A DNA stretch of 63,978 nt, counting the filler, from Rhabdomonas costata (lineage: Eukaryota): NCBI GenBank assembly GCA_019059605.1. It is 24 parts of 24 records of this genome, joined end to end, with 100 filler letters (N's around TTAATTAATTAA, not from the genome) between each part and the next. Parts side by side here need not be neighbours in the genome. Positions count along the whole stretch, not along the records: positions 48,055 to 50,622 come from JAHMHO010002823.1; positions 50,723 to 53,290 come from JAHMHO010002824.1; positions 53,391 to 55,956 come from JAHMHO010002825.1; positions 56,057 to 58,643 come from JAHMHO010002826.1; positions 58,744 to 61,309 come from JAHMHO010002827.1; positions 61,410 to 63,978 come from JAHMHO010002828.1; 18 more parts are not named here. The stretch is one strand, 5' to 3'. Below, piece after piece: positions 48,403-61,613 of this stretch. A model generated the notes under the pieces. It did no database searches and had not been told where the DNA came from. It saw nothing but the letters and a program-made list of their open reading frames with translations. The position numbers were made by a program, and so were the translations under genes. Every line of letters begins with the position of its first letter. Positions within the stretch are counted from its first letter, which is position 1.

Positions 48403-49889
48403 TTTTGGGGGGTTCCGCGGCCGCAGCCTGCGCCATGTCCAGCTGCTCAGACAAAGTCGCCAGGTCTCTCGCAAGGGCTTCGCGCCCTTTCGAGCAGGAG
48501 ACGCGAACTCCCCGCCGAAGATGTACATCGCCGGGCCAACCACAAACGCCTGTCCGGAGAGTGCGCGTGTTCGTTTGCGTGCGTACTGGGTTGAAACAAA
48601 AAATGCAACAAAGAGAGCACAGCTCCTGCGCGATTGAACTGTTTTGTCTTGTATTGTCACATATTTTTTCTTCAAACTTTTATCTGCAATTTCAATATCT
48701 GCAATGGTATTTTGTCATCCAGAGGATTTTGCGTGCTTTTTCTTGAGAACTCTGAGAGCAAAATGGCAAGTACAAAAATGATGGGAAGTACAACTCAAAT
48801 CATGGGAAATCATGGGAAATCATGGTAAATAGAAAAATCAAAAGAAAAGAAGCGGGGGTAGGCACCCACCTGGTGGGCACAGCGAGGTCCGGGACCCTCC
48901 GAGGTGCTGCGAACCTGTGCACAATCGGTGTGCGTGAGAGTGACTTCATGCTCCCGTGGGTGGCAAGTGGTCCAAATCGGTGACAAGTGACGAGGTTGAT
49001 GCATTCTGCGATGGAGCGCAGGCTTTCTGTTGTCTCTCTCCTTTCAGAACGAAAACGAAGAAATTCCCTATAAAAACATCTCAAAAAGCACAACTGCCCA
49101 TCGAAACAGCAGCATTTCAAGCAAACATAAATGGGAAGTTGGCGGGTATGGTATGGTTTGGAATGTTATGCTGTTGCGTACGTGTGTGTGTGGGTTCCTC
49201 ACCCACGCATACGCGCTTCCAAGAGGAGCTGCCCAGGCGATACACGTAGAGGTCCGAGTAGCACACGGTGCTTTCCCCGTCAAAAAACTCCCCGCCAAAC
49301 AGCAGCAGGCAGTCAAGCTGCAGCACATTCAAAATACAGAGTGTGTCTGTGTGTGTGTGGGGGGGGCACAGCATATCACAAAGGCCCTTTAAAAAGGACA
49401 CCCACTGCAGCACACACCCCTCAAACACACGCCGAGCGGGCTCAAGACCGCCCCATGACCTCGAAAGCCTAGGGGCCCACGTGTGCACTTTGCTATGTCT
49501 CAACTGTCGCACCCTCTTCTGGTCATCACTCGCCTTCAACGAGCACCAAAAGCTCCAGCTCAAACAGGAACACACCACCACCACAAAGGGATCAAGCTAT
49601 GCCTACGAAAAAAAATGAGAGAGAGACTGTGTGTGATCATCGTGAGAAACGCACACAGAGGAAAGATGGGAGGAGGGCGTGGACAGGGGTGGCATGGGTT
49701 TCACACCTGGGGGACTGCTGTCAGAGAGGCGTTCACGCGGGGGCTCGGGTTCTCCGCCACCATCCTCTCCGCGGGAGGCATCGCAACGGCATCGGCGGAA
49801 GGCTCCCCTGCGGGGTTCCCGTGGGCCCCCTCGGCCGTGGCGGCGCCCCTTTCCTCCTCCTTCTTCCGTAAAGGCTTTCCTCCCTTCAT
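48403..49889 (-). CDS. KLHDC4: Kelch domain protein, KLHDC4/Kel3-like, 3' partial; exons 49889-49707, 49317-49213, 48914-48870, 48549-48403
   Basis: PSPRVNASLT, LLLFGGEFFDG..YSDLYVY, GPRCAHQA and YIFGGEFASP occur in the diagnostic order with phase-0 GT-AG introns. Confidence 0.85.
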
Positions 49890-52042
49890 AATCACCACAG
49901 ATTACCCTCAGACTCTCCCTGCGTCCTTCTTTACCAAGAGCTTATAGAAACTGCAAAATCAAAAGAGGGCTTACCAAGCCTTGTGGAAGCAAAAGGAGAA
50001 GAAAAAACGACCCCAGGGTGTGTGTGTGTGTGTGTGCGTGAAGGGGACAGGGATGGTGGAGGGGCAGCACGGCGCTACTTTCGGAAAAAATTCGGAAAGC
50101 CTTTAAAACGACACTGCTGTGACCCCACAAAACATGGCTGCCAAAACATGGCTCCTGGAGAAAAATGAAAAATTTTTCTACAAAGAGGCACATGGCCAAA
50201 ACGACATAATATAAAGAGATTTAAAAAAAACGCAGAATATAAAAAAACATATCAAGTGGTTGTAGCATCCATAAAAAAAAGCGTAAATATGCCCCAATTA
50301 ACACAAAAATAACGAAGAAAAACGGATTGTACTACTCCGAGATATGACCCAAACCTCGATATTCCCCTCTCCTGCAGAGTAACACACCAGAACGCGAAAC
50401 GCTGACCCCTTGGAAGCCTTCGTCCCGGCACCGCCATCGCCTCAATTGCAAAAATTCTTCCGGGGAGCATGCAGAACAGGATCAAAAATGAGTTTTGGCG
50501 CTCACCTGTCGATCAAACTTTCACGTTGACTGCGTGACCGCGCGAAAACATAGCCCGCGCTTGCACACACACACATCGTAATGACCTGTCCCAGCAACTG
50601 CACGATGTCAGCAAAGGACACCNNNNNNNNNNNNNNNNNNNNNNNNNNNNNNNNNNNNNNNNNNNNTTAATTAATTAANNNNNNNNNNNNNNNNNNNNNN
50701 NNNNNNNNNNNNNNNNNNNNNNGTGTTGGGTGTGGTTGGTGGTGGGGGGGCCGCAGGCCTGGGGCGCTCGCGGCGCTTTTCAGGCTGTGAGGCCGAGGCG
50801 GGGTGCCAGGAAGGGCGCTGGGTCGAAGAGGTCTGCTCCCCCACCCCCCGTCCAAACCAAAGGAGGCAGGGAAAACAAACCATGCAAACGGCTACCACTT
50901 CTACCGTAAAGCAAGGCCAAAAGCAAGGAGGTTCAATGAAGAAACGGTTAAGGAGGGCCAAGGAGACCGGCCATCCACACACCCTAACCCCAATTCAAAA
51001 AACTCAACGAGGAGGTAGTCTTACCCCCATCATAGCAAACTCCAGATGCACTTGGAAAAAGAAGAAACGCACACATTTCACGTCTTTTTTGGCAAGGCGT
51101 TTCTTTGGTTTCTTTAGGACGACATTTATTTCCGTTCAACCATGCAGCAGTGCCGATAAAAAACAGGGGGAAGGGGGGGAGAGACAAGCGACACGAGCGT
51201 GTTACTTTTAAATCTCAATGCTGTGGGTTCTCCAGCAGCAGCAGCAAACCCTCACCATCATTGGGAAACGATTTCACAGGGTCACACCGATTTCACCTCC
51301 ACAGGAACGAGTTTAAGAAGAGCTGGATCCTGGACATCCCCGCAGTTCTGACCATACCGAGTGGGGCGTGTTCTGAAGACACTTCACTCCAGCCAGGGGA
51401 TGTGATACAGGAGGACAAGAACCTGAGATGGGTTGAAGCTACCCAGACATTCCACAGTGCTGCTGTCACTGCTGCTCAGGTTGCCCACCACAACGCCAGC
51501 GGGGGGCCTCGCGTGGGAACCATCCTGCGCCTCGAGCCTCCTCGACGGGTGCGCCACAGCCCTCTGCCAAGGGGACACATATAAATATGGTGGCGCGGTG
51601 ATGTACTACACATAAATGCTCGCACACACGCACGCTGAGTTAGGTGTTAACACTGGTACGGATGCTGTCAAGCAACGAAATTGGCTAGCTCCGTGTTTCC
51701 GGTCTACGGATCCTGGTCTCGCTCAGGGGTGATGGTGAAGGCCACACTGACCCCAAGTCCAACCAGGACTTCCCTTATGGAAGATGGGCGCCAGCAAGTG
51801 CCTGGCTGGGCATACAGGCACACACAAATACGCACTTACACACACATAAGGCGCGCAAACACAAGAGAAGGAGCGCGCTCGTTGTTGCATGACTGACTGT
51901 TGGTGGTGACCACTTTTGACTGACGGCATGCGCTATTGGCCACGGGTACTCGCGAGTGGTACAGTTGGAGAGTTTGCGTGTGCGCCCGCCAGAAAGTGCA
52001 CCCAAGACAGAAATCACTTCTGCCTGCTGGGGTAAACCGATA

Positions 52043-52872
52043 CCTGAATGGTTTGACCACGGCAGTGCCGAGCTTCGCGCGTCGGGAGACTCCGAATTGC
52101 CATGATAGGCATATGCAGAGAGAAGGAAGGCAGTTCTTTGGGCTAACAACATTGCCTGATCCCCCTCTCCCTCCCCGTACTGCACCAGAGCGGTTTGCAG
52201 TCGAGCATTCTCCGCTTTCAGGCACTCCATCTGTACCGCCTGGGCAGAGTACAACCGCTCATCCCGGGAAACCTGCACAAAAGAAAAAGGGCATGAACGA
52301 AGCAGAAGCTTTTTTCTATTCTTTTTCTTTTCATGTAGAAACACTACGCTGGCACATTCTTTTTGATTTTTTTCATAATGGCGAACCCATCATAGGGGTG
52401 GCGTCTCCGACGTTTCTGTCCTCCCGACGTTTCCCCGTCTCCCTCCGGGTCGCTTTTTTATCTTTTGTTGTCGCCATGGCACATCATCTTTGACACGGAA
52501 GCGGTAAACTTGAACTGCACAGCTCTAAACGCTTCGCAGTGTTCTTGGAAAAAGCCCGAAGAGAGGAAGGAGCTACTTTTACGGCTACTGCGGAAAGTCG
52601 TGGGCTTGATTTTTTTTGGTAAGCACAAAGGGTGCCCAACAATGAAATGAGCATGTGCCAAAAAATCAGCGATGAAAAAATGCACTCATGGTCCAAACGA
52701 GTGTCCGCAGCTCATACAATCTTTGCCAAGCCGTTTCTTAGGCACTTCGGAATTTTACAATACTCATTCCAAAATATTCAGGCAGCCAAGCACCAAGCAG
52801 CAACCATCACAAGGCAAGGAAACACTACCTTTTCCTTCAGCTCCTCCAGCTCATGCAGACTCTGATCTGGCC
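52043..52872 (-). CDS. Hypothetical coiled-coil protein exons (~52872-52829, ~52271-52043)
   Basis: AG/GT-bounded open blocks DQSLHELEELKEK and VSRDERLYSAQAVQMECLKAENARLQTALVQ... No recognisable domain. Confidence 0.5.
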
Positions 52873-53401
52873 CTGTAAGCCCGGCTTGCCTGCAGTATCA
52901 CAAGAAAGAGGCAGGACACCACAAGCAACAGCCTCACGCTGTATTTTAGATCTTTCCTTACCGACAAGACACTCAAAACCAACATAACCATCAAAACCAT
53001 CATAAAACACAATGTATTATTCGGAAGGTCAGCAAGGGACAGGTCATCAACCCGCACCACCGTTCCGGAAACTCGTCCTGGGGCCGTTGCGTGGACAAAT
53101 CGCATCGCAAAGACCAAAGCACAGATGCATTCAGCACCTTGTGAACGTTTCAACAAAAAAATGAAGGTAGAAAAGGCTGAAAGGACAGGAAGGACACGAA
53201 ACGCATACCGGTCCTCGGAGAAAGCCTGCGCTGCATCGGAGCTCCTACTGCTGCTGCATCGCTGTTCCCAAATGAAGAACCACAAACCCCNNNNNNNNNN
53301 NNNNNNNNNNNNNNNNNNNNNNNNNNNNNNNNNNTTAATTAATTAANNNNNNNNNNNNNNNNNNNNNNNNNNNNNNNNNNNNNNNNNNNNTGTTGGGGTG
53401 C

Positions 53402-53569
53402 ATGGGCGGCATGGGCATGGGCGGTATGGGTGGTGGTATGGGTATGGGCGGTGGCATGGGTGGGATGGGTATGGGTGGGATGGGCCACATGGACCACCAC
53501 CATCACCACGACCACCATGACCACCATGACCACCACGACCACGACCACCACCATGATCATCACTGGTAA
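53402..53569 (+). CDS. Gly/Met-rich then His/Asp-rich low-complexity segment, probably 5' partial
   Basis: MGGMGMGGMGGGMGMGGGMGGMGMGGMGHMDHHHHHDHHDHHDHHDHDHHHDHHW*. Synonymous variation (GGC/GGT/GGG, CAC/CAT, GAC/GAT) indicates coding. It is below the ORF-track length cutoff. TGGTAAG could instead be a splice donor. Confidence 0.7.
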   Translation: MGGMGMGGMGGGMGMGGGMGGMGMGGMGHMDHHHHHDHHDHHDHHDHDHHHDHHW

Positions 53570-53570
53570 G

Positions 53571-53608
53571 CGTGCCATTAAACGGGGTACACCCCGTTTA
53601 ATGGCACG
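53571..53608. repeat. Perfect 18-bp inverted repeat
   Basis: CGTGCCATTAAACGGGGT-AC-ACCCCGTTTAATGGCACG. Confidence 0.95.
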
Positions 53609-56466
53609 ACACCCCGCTGGTAAGGGTGTAGCCCACCCCACACTGCTTCCATCCCTTTCTTTTCAAATGTTTCTGCGTTTCGAAACGCAGGTTTGATCCA
53701 ACGAATGCGTTCTTCTTTCCCTCGCTCAATTGGTTGCAATCTACAGACCCCGCCCACCTCGTGGCCTCCACTCACCGGACGTTGCCTCCACTCACCGGAC
53801 GTTGCCTGCGGCCGCTCTGTACTCTTCCGACCCAACCTCCGCCATTGCTATGATGTCAACCGCTGTGGCAGTGACTCTGTGCCCTCACACCTCTGCTGCC
53901 CTGCGGTTTACTTCGCTGCAAGTTGTCCCTCCCCCCCTTCGTTCGGTTGTTTTTCTACAGTGCCCACTTTTTGAACTCCCTGAGAAGTTTTCGGTGGCTT
54001 CTCGTGTGCTTCAAAATGCTCTTCTGTTGTTATGAGAAAATTTTGGTTCCGCAGGTTTTCCCTATTGCCATGTTGGGGTTATCTCGTAACCTCCTTGCGC
54101 GCGAAGATGGGTTTGTAGTGATTCGGTCTAATAACTGCGTTGGATGGATTGCATCTCCTTTGCGATCTTGCCATTCCGTGACGAGTGTTCTTTTTCTTAG
54201 GAAGCATTCGTTTCAAATCATCCAAGAATATTGATGATGCACATAAGGCCCAAAGTTTAGGCTATGCTTTTCGATCGCGGCGAATGCGCACCAAAAAAAC
54301 GGGAACGAGTGGTAATGTGCGCAGTAAGGACAAGGCAGCGAAAATCCCGGTAAATGTTTTTATTACAATTTGCTTTTGTTTGTTATTCTTGTTCGCTTGC
54401 CCTCCCTAACTGTGACTAACGTGGGATTCAAAAGAAAACCGTTACCGTCGTCAACAACGGTAACGGTTGATAGTGGATTCGGGTATCAAGGATACGGGTA
54501 GTTTCCGGTAGATTTGAATGAGTTTGCTGTGTGTTCTTTGAAGGAGCCACACTGCGTCCGCTTTCGTTTGAATTCTTCGTCTGTTTTTGTGCTGAACTGT
54601 GTTTGTTTGGTCCGAGCTTTTTTTTGGCTCCTTTGAAACGTATGGGCCTGGGTTTGCAGCCCCTGAGGTGGTCGGCGCTGGCGTGGGCGTTTCCCTGGGC
54701 GGCGTCTGTCTGTGTGACCTACCAATGTCTCTCCGCAGCGTTTGCTTGGGCCTGAAATGTAAACATCGTTAACAGCAAAATCTCACTCTTTCTGCACAAC
54801 CAATATCACAACCACCGGTACTAGTTCCCCCACCCCACCACCACCATCACGGGCCCCGCTGGTAGTATAACATTCCGTCTGTCGTGCTGTAATCTGTTGT
54901 GCGACCCTTATACTACCGCCTCAACAAGTGGGGCGCCACTCTTGTCACCATTGGTCTCTCCGTATTGTAGGTTTTTGTTTCTTCTGCTGAATCGGCAGAT
55001 GTTTTCCTGTCGGCATCTGCTGCGCTCTGATTTCTGCCCTGTGCCCTGGAGGTTTTCCGGACGTGACAGCGTGACAGTGACCAATGTATTGTCTCCCTGT
55101 GTGCTGCTGCATAGTATACGTGCTTTACCTGCATAATCATAATCGCCGCATAATCGGATGACTTCTCCTTTACCCATATTCTTCAGAACTCTGTCCGCCA
55201 CTCCTCCCCGTTAGGTTGTGTCTTTTGGGGGATAAGCACTGCTTGCAACGAAATGAGCTTAGCTCGTCGTTGTGCGTTGTGATGCTTTCGTTATTCTTTG
55301 ACTCATTGATTTGTATGTTTTTCTCGAAAACTTTTGATTCCAATTCACTCCATTGTGGGAAAGGCGAAAAAACTCTCCACGTGACCTTTACCAGGTTTTC
55401 TTTTATTCGGCAGTTTTCGGTTAAGCTTTTGGTCGCCCGTACATTGACTTTCTTCTTTGACTCAGGGACAGTTGTGTCTGTTTGTTAGTGTTTGTGTATT
55501 TCATCTCCGTTTATATATCGGCTTCAAATGCTTTATTCCGTTCTCTGAGAGCATCGGCGGTCAGTGTGTGTTGTTGCCTGATTTTCGTGGAAACGTGTCA
55601 CTTTCGCATATTCCCTTCCATTTTTCATACGAGATCTTTGTGTTTTTACCCTTGACCCGCGGATCTTCCGCACATACCCAAAATCCAAAGCCTAGAAAAG
55701 CTGAGGTCATAAGGGTGTGCAAGATTACCCGAGAGCCACCTCGAAACCCGAGGCCTACCTCAATGTGTGTTGTTGGTTTGGTAAGGTCCTCTTGCGGCTT
55801 GTTGAAAGCCATACAATGACTAGGGCTTGCTAAAGAGTTTCCAGGGAAACATCAGCCATATCGCCTGGAAGGTTATGAGCACCACCACCAATTGGACAGC
55901 CGGCAAACCCGGGCTGATTTTTTTTACCAATGTGACGGCATGATCAACCCACACACNNNNNNNNNNNNNNNNNNNNNNNNNNNNNNNNNNNNNNNNNNNN
56001 TTAATTAATTAANNNNNNNNNNNNNNNNNNNNNNNNNNNNNNNNNNNNNNNNNNNNGGGGGGGGGGGTCGTCGTGCTCCTCCGGGGCGTCAAGCCCCATG
56101 TGTTCGCGCCTGTTCTGACATAGGTGTGGATCTGCTCAACCCGCCCTCCCCCGTGCACCACCATCACCACCATGAACGGCATCCGGAAGAAACGCAACGA
56201 AAACGCAAAGAAATAGAAGACGCTTTGTTTGGCTGTTCACCCGGGTGTTTTCAGACCACAAAACTTCCTTCTTAAAGGTTGCTTGGGGGATGGGGAACTT
56301 TTTAGGAGTATGCAGTATGATCGAGCGATGACGTGGTTCAGGCGAAGTCAGAGGAAGTCAGAGGTGGTTCAGGAGGAGGACAGAGGAATTCAAAGGGCAG
56401 GTGCCTTCATTCGTTCATTTGACTTGTTTGCGCTCCACTAAAAAGTTGAATTGTGGATTACTCGCT

Positions 56467-56470
<4 letters not shown>

Positions 56471-56507
<37 letters not shown>
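56471..56507 (+). repeat. (CA)n microsatellite; others at ~17808-17853 (TCCT/TCCC), 26387-26406 (GA), 35673-35693 (GT)
   Basis: Directly visible tandem repeats. Confidence 0.95.
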
Positions 56508-56509
<2 letters not shown>

Positions 56510-58894
56510 TCACACTGATTGGCAGCGCGTGTGGAGCGCGAAAAGCAAAGGGCCTCAGTCCGAACCCACCCAGGAGGAACATTTCATATCAGACGGAGTG
56601 AAAAGGCCAGAACGAACAAACCCAGAAACAGCGAAATGTGCTGCGAGCAGTGCATCTGAACCGCTTTTCGGGCCTCAGCATTCTGCTCAGCAAACACAAG
56701 GACACTGTCAGCGCACGTCTTCAAAGCGAGGGTCATTGCCTGAAAGCATGAAAAAGGCACGCAAAAGTTCCGACAACAAACGCCAGCGTGTCCAACAAAA
56801 CAAAACAAAACGGACCTGTCGAAATCACAGCGTGAATAAATAACGTATTGGAAACAAACTATCTATAGTGTGTTTTTGAGGGGACGAGAGGCTATTCGAG
56901 TCGCCTCCTCCAGGTTCTCAACCCAACCCCGCTTCCCTTCAATGAAAGCGAAGAGTGTTCTGCAGCAGGCTAAGGCAGCTAACATGTGTGTGAAAATTGA
57001 TGTAACCTCCGTCCTCTTATGGCCTCAGAAGCACAGGAACGAAGGGGAGGTCTTCGCATCAACTGCATCACACACTTAACTGCAAAATGCAGAGGTTCTC
57101 ACCTCAACCGCTTCCTCGACGTCCTCCCGAGACTTCGTCAAGCTTTGAGTAAGAGCCAGTTGAATGGCCTGAAAAACAACCGACTTTCAAACTCAACACA
57201 GGCACAGCCCAACATGGGACTCAAGCAACTGTATTCTTCTTGAGTAAAACGAGTTCGAAACGAAATTTACAAAAAAAAAAAAGGACACTGAAACTAGGCA
57301 AGGGCACTGTTCAGGAATATGCTTTTTTCCTTTGGCGACACCAAAGACTTCAAAATGTGCCAATTTTGAGTTTCTTCACGTTGAGGGGCAGGCTTTACAC
57401 CACAGCTTGGGCTTTTTGAATGTGCGCCAACCTGGGCGGCAAAATCTATCATTAGGCAAAGAACACGTTGCTTGTGCAAAATCCGCTCGGCTTGGGTGTG
57501 GGTGTCTCGTGCTTCCCATTGTTGTTGCAATTCCCGATGATGAATAACGAAATCTGTGACAGAAACCCCCCCAAAAAAAGTAGGTCAAAAATAAAGGTAC
57601 AAAAAAAGGGAAGGTCAAAAAAATGAAGCAAACCAGCCGAAGGTCTTGATAAAAAACCGATCGCTCTCAACTGATCGACAGAAGCGGTTAATTCTTGGAG
57701 AAGCTCCATTTTTTTAAAAAAAGATTAACGTATGTGCTACAAGCAGCCTTCACCTGAAGGAGTTGCGGGGGTTGTGACTGAAACTCGGTGGCCGAAGCCG
57801 TCAGCCACGCACGCACAAGAGTGCAAATTTTCCCGATTGGGCTGAGTGGCCTTCGGTGCTCTTGACGACACAGCGAGTTCTGCTTTTCAGGCTTCTCATG
57901 CGCTGTGAACTCGCGTGGAGACTTAGCGTATGTACTTCGATTGAAGGATTGCGTGACAAGGATTGCGTGAGTTTTGAACACCTTTGATGAAGACCGCGCA
58001 CGACCGCAAGCTTGAGTATCCTGCACAAAAAGTTACCTCCACCGGCCAGCAGAGGGCAGCCACCGCAGTCATAGGGTATCAGCTGATGCAAGCTAAGGCC
58101 CAAGATGAACCCTTGCACTGTATGTGGCCATCCCGATGGCTGTTGGGAATGAGGCCGCATGAAGTGAGTCCTAGTTACCAGGTAAGAGTAGGCACGCGTG
58201 ACCTCGTCGTTCCTCTTAGGGCTCCCATCGCCACGTTGTGAGGACAGAGGGAGCTGCGTTGATTCCCAGAGGCGTCCATTACTGACCACTACCAAACCCG
58301 ATTTTCACTAGTCGGTTTCGCACATTCCCCTCCTTTTCCACCACAGTCACACATCTCTCGTTCCACCTTCGAAGTACTGCAGACGTACTCGGCCACGGCG
58401 CTGTGCTGTACGACGACCGGTTCACAGTCAAGTCACGTGAAGAGTTTTGCGACTTCAAGTGCGAAACGAAAGTTTGCACAGCAAACCATGACATGGGACC
58501 GAAAGAACCGCTAAGGCGATCAGCGTCGAACTGTCACATGGTCATGGTTTGGGAGGCCTGCTGTATGTTCAACCCATTCGTCCGTTCGTGCATCAAAATT
58601 CAGATTATCCTCTCCGCGGGTAGAACGGTGTCCCAACCCCACCNNNNNNNNNNNNNNNNNNNNNNNNNNNNNNNNNNNNNNNNNNNNTTAATTAATTAAN
58701 NNNNNNNNNNNNNNNNNNNNNNNNNNNNNNNNNNNNNNNNNNNACTGCCGGCATGTTTCGCCTGACAGTTTTTAACGTCAAGGCAGTTCTTTTGTTGCCT
58801 TTGTAACCGTTACTCCCTCCCCCAATTTCCATTGGGCCCTCGTTTTGAACGAGGTCAGCTGCTGGAACCCGCCCCCCCCTTCCAAAAAACGCAG

Positions 58895-60621
58895 GTCCCC
58901 ATTGTGCTGAACACGCTGTCCGGGTACCCCTTGCTGTCGGGGATGGGCCTGGGCTCGTTGCTGCAGCTGGTGCTGCGGGCCGTGACCCTGGCCCTGGTGT
59001 ACGGCCAGTGGCTCAATTTCGACGACTCCCGCACGGTGCTGCTGCTGCGGCACTCCTACCGCACCGCCCTGCACTCCCAACGCCGGGCCCTGATGTGGCG
59101 CGACCTGCTGCAGTTCAAGGCACACACATAGCCGCACGCATACACACACACGCACACTGAATTGTGTGGAAGGATACGGAGTTGACCAGAGGGATGTTTT
59201 TATCTGATATCCACACGCACACGCACATATGAACGGTTCCGGTTTCCCACGGCACCGTTCGCTCCAACGGTACCTCTCCCGAGCACCCGTAGCCAACAGC
59301 GCGTGCGCCCGTCAGCCCACGGTGGTCACCACAACCAGACAACCAGTTAATCAGGCAATAGCCAGTGCAACACCCAGGCAACACCCGCACACACATGAGA
59401 CTGGTGTCTGGGGTGTGACGAAGAAGGCACAAGGGGCGAGCATGCACGATGTGTGGTTGACATCATGCACGATGCATGTGTGCGTCGAGAAACCCGAGGC
59501 ACGTGAAGAGCCGCACGTGCGTTCGGCTCCGCACGGATTTCTATGGTGTTCCAGATCTCTGACAGAACTGGAGCACCACCCCCGGGCTCGCGCATAATAG
59601 GAGAGGGTGCGCTGATCCCGAGCGAACCGCACACAGAACACAGGACATAAAGTTGGCTCAGGGAGAAGAGGGTAGGACACAAACACATACACACGTTAGC
59701 AAGGCTGCTTTTTTTACGGAGACACAGCAGACAGGCATCTCAACTGGCAATTTGCAAAAAGCAACCTGCACAGGAGAAACAACGGTTTCGGGGTTATGCA
59801 CAGCAGTCAGCAAGGGAAAGGAAAGGAGATAAGAGATCGCGATGGACAGAAACAGATCACCGACAAAGGCACGCAGTACTGTGCGGAAACTGCACACAAA
59901 AAAACACAAACACAGCGCGTTTCGGCGCGCATCACCCGTGGGCGCTGAACCACTTGTTCAGCCGAGTCCAAAATATGGATGAGGCTGGGGCCGTTTGCCG
60001 CTTGGAGGCTTCTAATGGGCGGTCACGGGATGCATCTGTGCGTCAACCCACTTCAGTTTCTTCTTCTTCGCTTTTCCTGCTTGCAAAAGGCTGCAAAGCC
60101 TGCGAAGCCGCCTCAGGATTCAGTCGTGAGAGTGAGCATCCGCTCGCATTCCCGTGTTCTGGTGACCGCTTATGAAGTGGTGGAGGCAATTAAGGGAGCA
60201 ATATTGGCAAACATCAAGAAAAATCTCGGCAAACACTGGTAGTTCATGTTCGTCAAGAGCTTGTCTTTGTTGCAATGCACGCACCGCACCGCCTCCGCTC
60301 CTTCTGTAAAGGTGGATAAAGATTGTAGTATTCTGCTGGAGGAACGAATGCGCCGCCAACGCCGCCTACTGGCGATCCGCAATCTCGCCGTTGGACCCCA
60401 TGCCATGAGCAGTAGCAGCAGCAGCAGCAGCAACAACAACAGCTGTAGCAGTGGCAGTAGCAGCAGCGGCGGTGGCGGCAGCAGCGGCAGCATGGGAAGC
60501 GCAGTGGACATTGGCGGAACATCCTCCTGTGTGTCGGGAAGAGCCGTGCCAAGGCCCGAGCTGTACCCCAGCGCCATGGACGCCATCGAGCGGGAGGTCT
60601 CCGCCCCACGCAGCGCCTCCG
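58895..60621 (+). CDS. Hypothetical membrane protein exons (58895-59119, 60312-60621)
   Basis: Strong GC3 bias, hydrophobic LLQLVLRAVTLALVYGQW and a Ser/Gly-rich tract. The first exon appears to end at a GC donor (AAG/GCACAC). Confidence 0.6.
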
Positions 60622-61613
60622 GTGTGGTTTTGTGTGCGCGGTTCGTTTCAGTGTAAGTTTTCATAAATGTTGTATTGAAGGGTTTTCCCACGCTGACCCG
60701 TTTCGCGCGGCTCTGGCCCTTTTCTCGATGGCGTTGTTCCCCGGAGAAACTTCCGATGAAGTATCTGTGTCCGGAAGAAATAGTTATTGTGAAAGGTGTA
60801 TACTTTAGTCAAGCGTCATTTATAACTGAGTCACTGCTGATCAGCTGATCAGCCTCGATCCGCCGCAGGGATACCAACTATGAAACAAAGCGTAAAACTA
60901 ATGGCCCAAGGGCCTTTCAGGCACTCGAGGGACGTTTTGGTTCATAACGTTCTGGTTCACATGTCGTGAACCAGGCGCCTTCGGAAAATGTGTACGGGTG
61001 TCAAATTGTTTTCAAGTCAGTCCCCCCCCCAAGGTAGTGCATAAGATGACAGATTACTACACGAAAGACCATGGGGGCACTGTTTCCGGTCTCCTGTGGA
61101 TATGGCACGAACTCTTCTACTCTACCAGCTTCCTGGTGTCCATTTTTCATTTTTTTGTTGCTGGATAAACTTGTTTTTTCAACCGAACATCGGGTTCTAA
61201 TGTCTACGGTATCCTTTTTAATGTGCAGAGCTGTGCCCCGCTCGAATCACCGGTCATGTGACGAAAAACAAAACTGCTGCGTGCTGTCCAGCTGTCCACA
61301 TGTCCACATNNNNNNNNNNNNNNNNNNNNNNNNNNNNNNNNNNNNNNNNNNNNTTAATTAATTAANNNNNNNNNNNNNNNNNNNNNNNNNNNNNNNNNNN
61401 NNNNNNNNNTGTGTTTTTGCGTGTGTGTGTGGGGAGGTGTGGGGAACGTGGATTCTGTTCGACGCCAAAGAATGCACCGCAGGCACCGCTGAAGGATCGC
61501 TGAAAAACCTGGGGTGATACAGAGCTTTGGAAGAGCTCGACCGGAGATAATATTCAGTTCACGTCGCCAAGATTGTAGATTGCACCTCTCTTTTCCTTCC
61601 CACCCTGCACGTA

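Noticed and set aside
51105..51584. Plus-strand ORF suggesting another tail-to-tail junction
   Set aside because: The region can also be read as in-phase terminal exons of the - strand gene, so no inversion is required.
54437..54468. 12-bp stem-loop, plus small palindromes at 60836-60853 and short tandems at 2071-2099, 48797-48825 and 53764-53805
   Set aside because: Isolated and short, with no associated gene, duplication or second copy.
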